Below, piece by piece: positions 58,799-64,000 of a stretch of DNA of 64,000 nucleotides (positions within the stretch are counted from its first letter, which is position 1; the number at the start of each line of letters is the position of its first letter). The notes under the pieces were generated by a model, which worked only from the letters and a program-made list of their open reading frames with translations, searched no databases and was not told the origin of the DNA. Both the position numbers and the translations under genes were made by a program. The stretch is from contig JAZQAZ010000044.1 of the NCBI GenBank assembly GCA_045545475.1, positions 19,467 through 83,466 of the forward strand. The letters are read 5' to 3'. Source of the stretch: Clostridia bacterium (GTDB taxonomy: Bacteria > Bacillota > Clostridia > CAKSNL01 > HGM11501).

Positions 58799-61700
58799 TT
58801 AAAACATAACCGTACTTTTATAAGGATAGGTTTCAGTATATATTTCAACTCCGCCGGCAAGCTCATTTATACCTGTAATTTTCCCGTCCCATTTTCTCGC
58901 TTCTTCTATACTCATTTTTTCCTCATCAAAAACAATTACTGAATTAAGCATATAGGAGACAAGAAAAAGTTTTCTTTCCTTCCTTATAAGTTTGCTTGCC
59001 AAATCATTTTTGCTTTTCACAAAGCTTGAAAAAAGAGAGTTTCCTTTTTCAAATTCTGTTTTCACAACCATATCAAAATCACAGTAGTCGTTTTCAAGTA
59101 TTTTTCCGTTCAATTTAAAAATCCCGTTATCAAGCACAAGCGTGTCATTCCCGTTCCTGTACACCGCTTTGTATTTTCCGGCATAGTCGAAATCAGAATA
59201 AGCGTAGCACATAAACCTTTCAGCAAGATAAGCCCCACTTAAGCACGGATATAAAAATCCTTCATACTCTTCGGTACGATATTTTTCATTTCTGATTTTA
59301 TTATATTTATGCTTGATTTTTTTGTCAACAGTAAATTCAAAGCGACCTTCCTTTACAAAAGCAATCTTACCATCCTCTGTAAATTCCACCTGCTTCGGAG
59401 GATTGCCTCCAAAGCCAAACTTTGATATAACCTTTCCTTTTTCGACGTCAACTATTATAATTCCATCGGTTTTAAGAATATATAAAAATTTGGAATCTTT
59501 TGAAAATTCACTGTCAATTATTGCATCAAAAACCGAAAATTCAAGATGCTTCAGCGAAAACAGCTCCTCACCTTTTCCGTCATACACCCTGATTTTTCCT
59601 GTTCCCTCATTTGCAAGCATAACATGCGAATCATTTGAAAACGCCATAAATGTTACATCTTTCAAATATTCTTCATATAGTTCGCAATACTTGGCCATGT
59701 CGTACCTGAAAAAGGAGTTATTCTTCCTGAAAAGTGTACGAAAACTTTCACGTTTTATATCAGGTACCAAATTCGTCTTGAACATATGAAGCATAAATCC
59801 TATCATCATTTCCCTGCTTGCCTCAACTGTATTGGAAGAAAGATAAAGCTTTTCACGAAGCGGTAAAAAATCATTTTCCGTCACTTTTTTCATTTCTGTC
59901 GCCGTAATCACCAATAAAGCTTCGGCGTTTCCTATACAATATGCATTACTTATTTCAGGAATATTTATATACGAAAGAGATAAATCTTTCATATCGGCTT
60001 TTATTATAGTGTTTTCATATACAGCAACAATACAATTACCGTATTTGATAAATCGTTTTATCTCAGAAGTCTCCGGGAAATACATATACTTTTTCTTTCC
60101 GCCGGATAAAAGCCTCAATTCCGTGTTGTAAGAGTTATAGATTCCCACTACGATTCCCTTGTCAAACAGGCACACGCTTTCCTCTTCTCCCAGATAAGGA
60201 TAACGGAAGGATTCAGTTTTTATAATCGCTCCGCTTTTTAAGTCATACCTATTTGCCTTAGAGTTTTTCATAAGCCAGAGAATTTCATCTTCATTCTCAT
60301 TTATATCGAAAAACTTTGTTCCCAAGCCACTAATCGCATACACTATTTCATACGTTTCCATATCTATGGCGGTCAGCTTATTTTTTCTTATGACCAAAAG
60401 ATAATTATACTCAGATGAGTATTTCACAGTCTCTGTCTCATTTATATTTTTTATCTTATTTTCAAACTTTGGGATATCTCCGCTAAGATCGTAAACGTGT
60501 ATTTCTTCGTTGTCGAGAACAATCGCAAGCCTGTCATCTCTTGTCCATACCAGGCTTATGATATTTTCTTTCATTATGTAATCAAGTAAATCCATATGGA
60601 TGGATTGAAAATATCTATAGGTATTTTCTCTGTAAATGTAAATATATTCATCACGTATTACGGCATACTTCTCCCCATTACATGACAAAAAGATTTCATC
60701 TTTTACATCAAAGTTCATGCGTTCTCCCTTTATCGGCAAGTTTTTAAGCACGCCTCCTTCAAGAGTAAGACCGTAGCCGTATGCACAGCTGAATAATCCG
60801 TTTTTATAGCAGTCCAGAGTTCCAGAATTATTTCTGACACATTCAAAAAGTTTTTTCCCTTTTATTCCAAGAAGACCTTTTTCGTCAAGCTCCGCATAGC
60901 AGTCGCAAAGTTCCGTAAGATTGCCTGATTTTATCAGAGCATCTGCAAACGAAACATCAGACACAATATCTTCAAGTTCTTTATACATGCTTTTTTTCTT
61001 GAGCAAAGATATTATCGGCATAAGCTTTTTGATGTTCGGATAACCGTCCTTTGATATATAGTTATCCATCGCATCATAATACCTTATAAGATTGTTCTCC
61101 GCAGAAACGCAGTTTTCCTTAAATTCATTCAGCACAACTTTTCTGAATATATTATGGCTAAAGCTTATAATGATGCTGTCCTTAGCCATGCTGTGATGAA
61201 TGCATTCCTTAAGGTCATATAAAAGTCTTGATAAAATCGCAAAAGGAAGTTTCTTAAGTTTATAGTTATACCTGTCTTCTTTAGCAAAACTCTCTTCTAT
61301 TTCCTTGTGTGTAAAAAGAAGTGTAAGAAGGTCGTCCTCAGTAATTCCGAACGGTGCTACTGCGATATAAGAAAGCACATATCGCACCACATTCTCATCG
61401 TGTCCGCAATTTCTGAACATATCAAATATATGAATTTTCGCCATTTCATAATCGTCAAAAACAAAATTTTCCACATAATCTCCCGAGTGCCATCCTGCAG
61501 CCAGGTCCGAAAGCAGCTTACATGATAACGGATTTGCTCCGTTTGAAAGACAGTCTTCTACCAGTGCCTTCTGTCCTTCCGATATAAGCGTTCTTCCTCT
61601 GCTTGACAGCATTTTATAAAAGCTGTCAGCTGCATCCTCCTTTGAAAAACCGGTTATATGATATTCCGTATCATTTATTTGTTTAAACTTTTCCACTATT

Positions 61701-63097
61701 TTTTCATCGGCAGAAGACACAATGATTTTAACGTCTTTCATTAATTCATCGGGGAACACGTTTACATTAACCTCTCCGATATCATAAAACATGTCCATTC
61801 CATCAATCACGATAACAGTTTTGCTGTAAGCAGGCGTTTTCCCCATTGCTTCTGAAAACATTTCAGATATATTATAGCGGTTAATTTCTTCACTTAAGGA
61901 TATATCATACTCCTCCGTAATCATAATGCAAAGCTTTTTCAAACAGTCATAAAAATTATATATATCATTTTCTCCGAATAAAACATAAAAAACGTCTACA
62001 GACTTTTTATCCATAAACCTTTTGGTTGCAGCCCACGCTTCTTTAAGGGACTCTTTATCTTTTGCTTCCTTCAGTTCTGCTTCATATTCCTTATTCGGAT
62101 CATACTCTCTGTAAAAATTAATAAACTCTTTAAGAAGTGTGGTTTTTCCGCTTCCTGACTCTCCTTTAAGAAAGTAAACTCCCCTGTCATCTCCTTCAAC
62201 GTAGTTTTTAAGCCTATTAATATCTTCCTGACGTCCGCAAAACATACCCTCAGGTAATTTCCCGGGAATGTACTCTTCTTTCAGTCCATCCAATCTTTCA
62301 AATTCACTTAAAATATTTTTAATTAAGAGTTCTGTAACTCTTTGTTCCATCAATTCATAATATTCATCATTAAAATCCAGAGTTATTATGTTTTCCGAAA
62401 GATTGTCCTCCTCCATTTTTTCCCTTATTCTTCTTTTAAGCTCGCAAGTCCTTGTCATATCCCGGTCCTTTTCCGGGTATCCCTCTCTCATAAGAACGAT
62501 TACATTGTCTGCAATGTCTTCATTTCCAAAAAGACCTTTTAATATTTCGTGTTCCGTTGCCGACGCTTCATATTTTACCAATTCCTCTTTTTTTAATGAA
62601 CACTCTTTTGCTCTCTTTTCCAGTATTGCATGAAGCTTTTCTTCTTCACTATACCAGATATTATCGTCCACATATTCCCCGCTTCTCCTATTTAAATAGT
62701 AAACCTTGGGAATGTTGTTTTCATCAAGCAAATACCACTTATAAAGCAATTTTTTTTCTTCATCCCGGCACAAAGCAATTATTTTTTCAAATTCTGTCGC
62801 CTCTACTACCGAAGGAAGCGGAACCCATCCGTATCTGTCACCTGCCATAATAAGAAAGTTTGGTTTCGGAGAATTGCTCATGCAGTAATTTATCTCATCA
62901 AGGCAAATTTCAAGTGTATTCTGATTCAGTGCCGACTCCGTGTTTATTCCCCATCTCAAGTCGACAATCTGAAATCCGCATCCTCTTCTCTTTAAAAGTG
63001 CACTTACCTTTTCAAATATTTCATTATTTAATATAGCTCGTTCTTTTATAAAATCGCTGAATGTGGAGCTTACAAAAAGACGGAATGTATTATTCAT
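58799..63097 (-). CDS. DUF4062-STAND NTPase-beta-propeller protein (NWD1/TEP1-like architecture)
   Basis: RLFVSSTFSDF..ER, VDLRWG, CLDEI..C, GDRYGW, SATEHEI; Walker A GESGSGKTT; Walker B IVIDGMD; GANPL; FSH; beta-rich repeat C-terminus. Confidence 0.75.
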   Translation of the reverse strand: MNNTFRLFVSSTFSDFIKERAILNNEIFEKVSALLKRRGCGFQIVDLRWGINTESALNQNTLEICLDEINYCMSNSPKPNFLIMAGDRYGWVPLPSVVEATEFEKIIALCRDEEKKLLYKWYLLDENNIPKVYYLNRRSGEYVDDNIWYSEEEKLHAILEKRAKECSLKKEELVKYEASATEHEILKGLFGNEDIADNVIVLMREGYPEKDRDMTRTCELKRRIREKMEEDNLSENIITLDFNDEYYELMEQRVTELLIKNILSEFERLDGLKEEYIPGKLPEGMFCGRQEDINRLKNYVEGDDRGVYFLKGESGSGKTTLLKEFINFYREYDPNKEYEAELKEAKDKESLKEAWAATKRFMDKKSVDVFYVLFGENDIYNFYDCLKKLCIMITEEYDISLSEEINRYNISEMFSEAMGKTPAYSKTVIVIDGMDMFYDIGEVNVNVFPDELMKDVKIIVSSADEKIVEKFKQINDTEYHITGFSKEDAADSFYKMLSSRGRTLISEGQKALVEDCLSNGANPLSCKLLSDLAAGWHSGDYVENFVFDDYEMAKIHIFDMFRNCGHDENVVRYVLSYIAVAPFGITEDDLLTLLFTHKEIEESFAKEDRYNYKLKKLPFAILSRLLYDLKECIHHSMAKDSIIISFSHNIFRKVVLNEFKENCVSAENNLIRYYDAMDNYISKDGYPNIKKLMPIISLLKKKSMYKELEDIVSDVSFADALIKSGNLTELCDCYAELDEKGLLGIKGKKLFECVRNNSGTLDCYKNGLFSCAYGYGLTLEGGVLKNLPIKGERMNFDVKDEIFLSCNGEKYAVIRDEYIYIYRENTYRYFQSIHMDLLDYIMKENIISLVWTRDDRLAIVLDNEEIHVYDLSGDIPKFENKIKNINETETVKYSSEYNYLLVIRKNKLTAIDMETYEIVYAISGLGTKFFDINENEDEILWLMKNSKANRYDLKSGAIIKTESFRYPYLGEEESVCLFDKGIVVGIYNSYNTELRLLSGGKKKYMYFPETSEIKRFIKYGNCIVAVYENTIIKADMKDLSLSYINIPEISNAYCIGNAEALLVITATEMKKVTENDFLPLREKLYLSSNTVEASREMMIGFMLHMFKTNLVPDIKRESFRTLFRKNNSFFRYDMAKYCELYEEYLKDVTFMAFSNDSHVMLANEGTGKIRVYDGKGEELFSLKHLEFSVFDAIIDSEFSKDSKFLYILKTDGIIIVDVEKGKVISKFGFGGNPPKQVEFTEDGKIAFVKEGRFEFTVDKKIKHKYNKIRNEKYRTEEYEGFLYPCLSGAYLAERFMCYAYSDFDYAGKYKAVYRNGNDTLVLDNGIFKLNGKILENDYCDFDMVVKTEFEKGNSLFSSFVKSKNDLASKLIRKERKLFLVSYMLNSVIVFDEEKMSIEEARKWDGKITGINELAGGVEIYTETYPYKSTVMF

Positions 63098-63100
63098 AGC

Positions 63101-63556
63101 TTAATCCTCAATTTTATATTTTTTTCTTATTCTAAGGAGCGTGCGTTTTAATCCCAGTTTCCCTGTGACAATGATTAATGTAATACATAATATAATCGCA
63201 ATTATAATTCCGATTACAATAATCAATGCCGGAAAAGTGAAAAATAAAAGCAACAACGGTATCCATAAATTCGTAACATAAAAATTCTCCATAACCCAAA
63301 TCACCGCTACTGCATCGGTCATAACCCAAAGCATTATAATAGGAACCGTTAAAAAAAGCGTAACTCTTTTTTTCTTTTCCGTGAAAGGTTTTTCCCCACT
63401 TTTCAGTATTCCGGAAAATTTGCCGTTGTAATTTATATATTCAGAAGAGCGTGTCCTGTAAATAAGATTTTCAATTACAGCAACAAAAACGCATACAACG
63501 GCAGTGATTATCATAAGAAGCCCAAAAAGCTCCCACAAAGATATTCGCAAGTTCAT
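63101..63556 (-). CDS. hypothetical membrane protein (about 3 TM helices)
   Basis: Hydrophobic segments; RBS AAAGGGTG before ATG 63556; ends 3 bp before the STAND gene start. Confidence 0.6.
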   Translation of the reverse strand: MNLRISLWELFGLLMIITAVVCVFVAVIENLIYRTRSSEYINYNGKFSGILKSGEKPFTEKKKRVTLFLTVPIIMLWVMTDAVAVIWVMENFYVTNLWIPLLLLFFTFPALIIVIGIIIAIILCITLIIVTGKLGLKRTLLRIRKKYKIED

Positions 63557-63674
63557 ACAATACACCCTTTTTAATGTCATTTGTTTTATTATAGCAGAAG
63601 TTTCACGGATGCACAAGACAAAAATAAAACCGCCGTTCGGCGGTACTTCTCAGGGAGAAGCCGGTTTTGGCTTG

Positions 63675-63744
63675 TTATTTTCCGCTGATAGTGCGCAAAA
63701 AAACGCAGACATACGCCAGTATGACTGCGTTTTTTAACTTCTCT
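63675..63744. repeat. dispersed palindromic (REP-like) repeat, copy 2
   Basis: Aligns with 14485-14555; hairpin AAAAAACGCAGACATAC-GCCA-GTATGACTGCGTTTTTT. Confidence 0.75.
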
Positions 63745-63770
63745 AAGGCGAAAAATTCCTAACCCAAAAC

Positions 63771-63983
63771 TGCGAATACGATAAAAATTTTCTTAAGCCC
63801 ATAAAGGGCGTGAAAATTTTTGAGTAAAAACAACAGACTCGATGTCGTTGTTTTTTCTCATGCACCACAAAATTCTCGATTTTGAGTGCAGGACTATGAG
63901 AAAAAACTGTGCCCATCGAGGGCAAGTTTTTTGCTCGGAAATTTTCACGGCATATTAAGATGCCTAAGAAAATTTCCTTCGCA
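63771..63983. repeat. nested imperfect inverted repeat of about 210 bp (REPIN/BIME-like)
   Basis: Mirrored blocks TGCGAA/TTCGCA, AAATTTTCTTA/TAAGAAAATTT, GTGAAAATTT/AAATTTTCAC, CTCGATG/CATCGAG, GTTTTTTCTCAT/ATGAGAAAAAAC. Confidence 0.8.
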
Positions 63984-64000
63984 TAGGAAAAAAGCCGAAG

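Noticed and set aside
63743-63925. 60-aa ORF in the palindromic region
   Set aside because: No RBS or recognisable motif; it lies wholly within the inverted repeat.
58799-64000. Idea that the TEP1-like protein plus upstream structured DNA is a vault- or telomerase-like RNP
   Set aside because: No TROVE/vWA RNA-binding region, major vault protein or reverse transcriptase is visible, and part of the structured DNA recurs elsewhere as a dispersed repeat.

Overview
This 64 kb window looks like chromosomal DNA from a spore-forming, low-GC Clostridia-like bacterium (spoVAE, csaB, sigma-A-type promoters, a Cheo-like SOS box), with most genes on the minus strand. From left to right it holds: the 5' end of hflX; a tandem pair of QueG/reductive-dehalogenase-like 2x[4Fe-4S] proteins facing an AraC regulator; uvrBA; a third QueG-like gene; serC-serA; an initiator tRNA-Met followed by tRNA-derived repeats; a Na/Pi transporter with a two-component system; a ~24 kb surface-polysaccharide region (murJ, DUF5693, csaB, aminotransferase, two ATP-grasp ligases, PglC-like transferase, three GT4s, wzy, alkaline-phosphatase-fold enzyme, pol-beta nucleotidyltransferase, wzx, pyruvyltransferase, udk, fnlABC, second nucleotidyltransferase); secreted glycan-active proteins; a spoVAE operon; an rsmH paralogue; a 1432-aa DUF4062-STAND NTPase-beta-propeller protein; and nested palindromic DNA at the right end. 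No CRISPR array, integrase or transposase was seen. The best candidates for undescribed biology are the nucleotidyltransferase/phosphodiesterase-fold/ATP-grasp glycan-tailoring module, the NWD1/TEP1-like STAND protein with a membrane partner, the tRNA-derived repeats in which the T-loop is replaced by a palindrome, and the QueG-like pair. All calls come from reading motifs by eye; no database searches were run.
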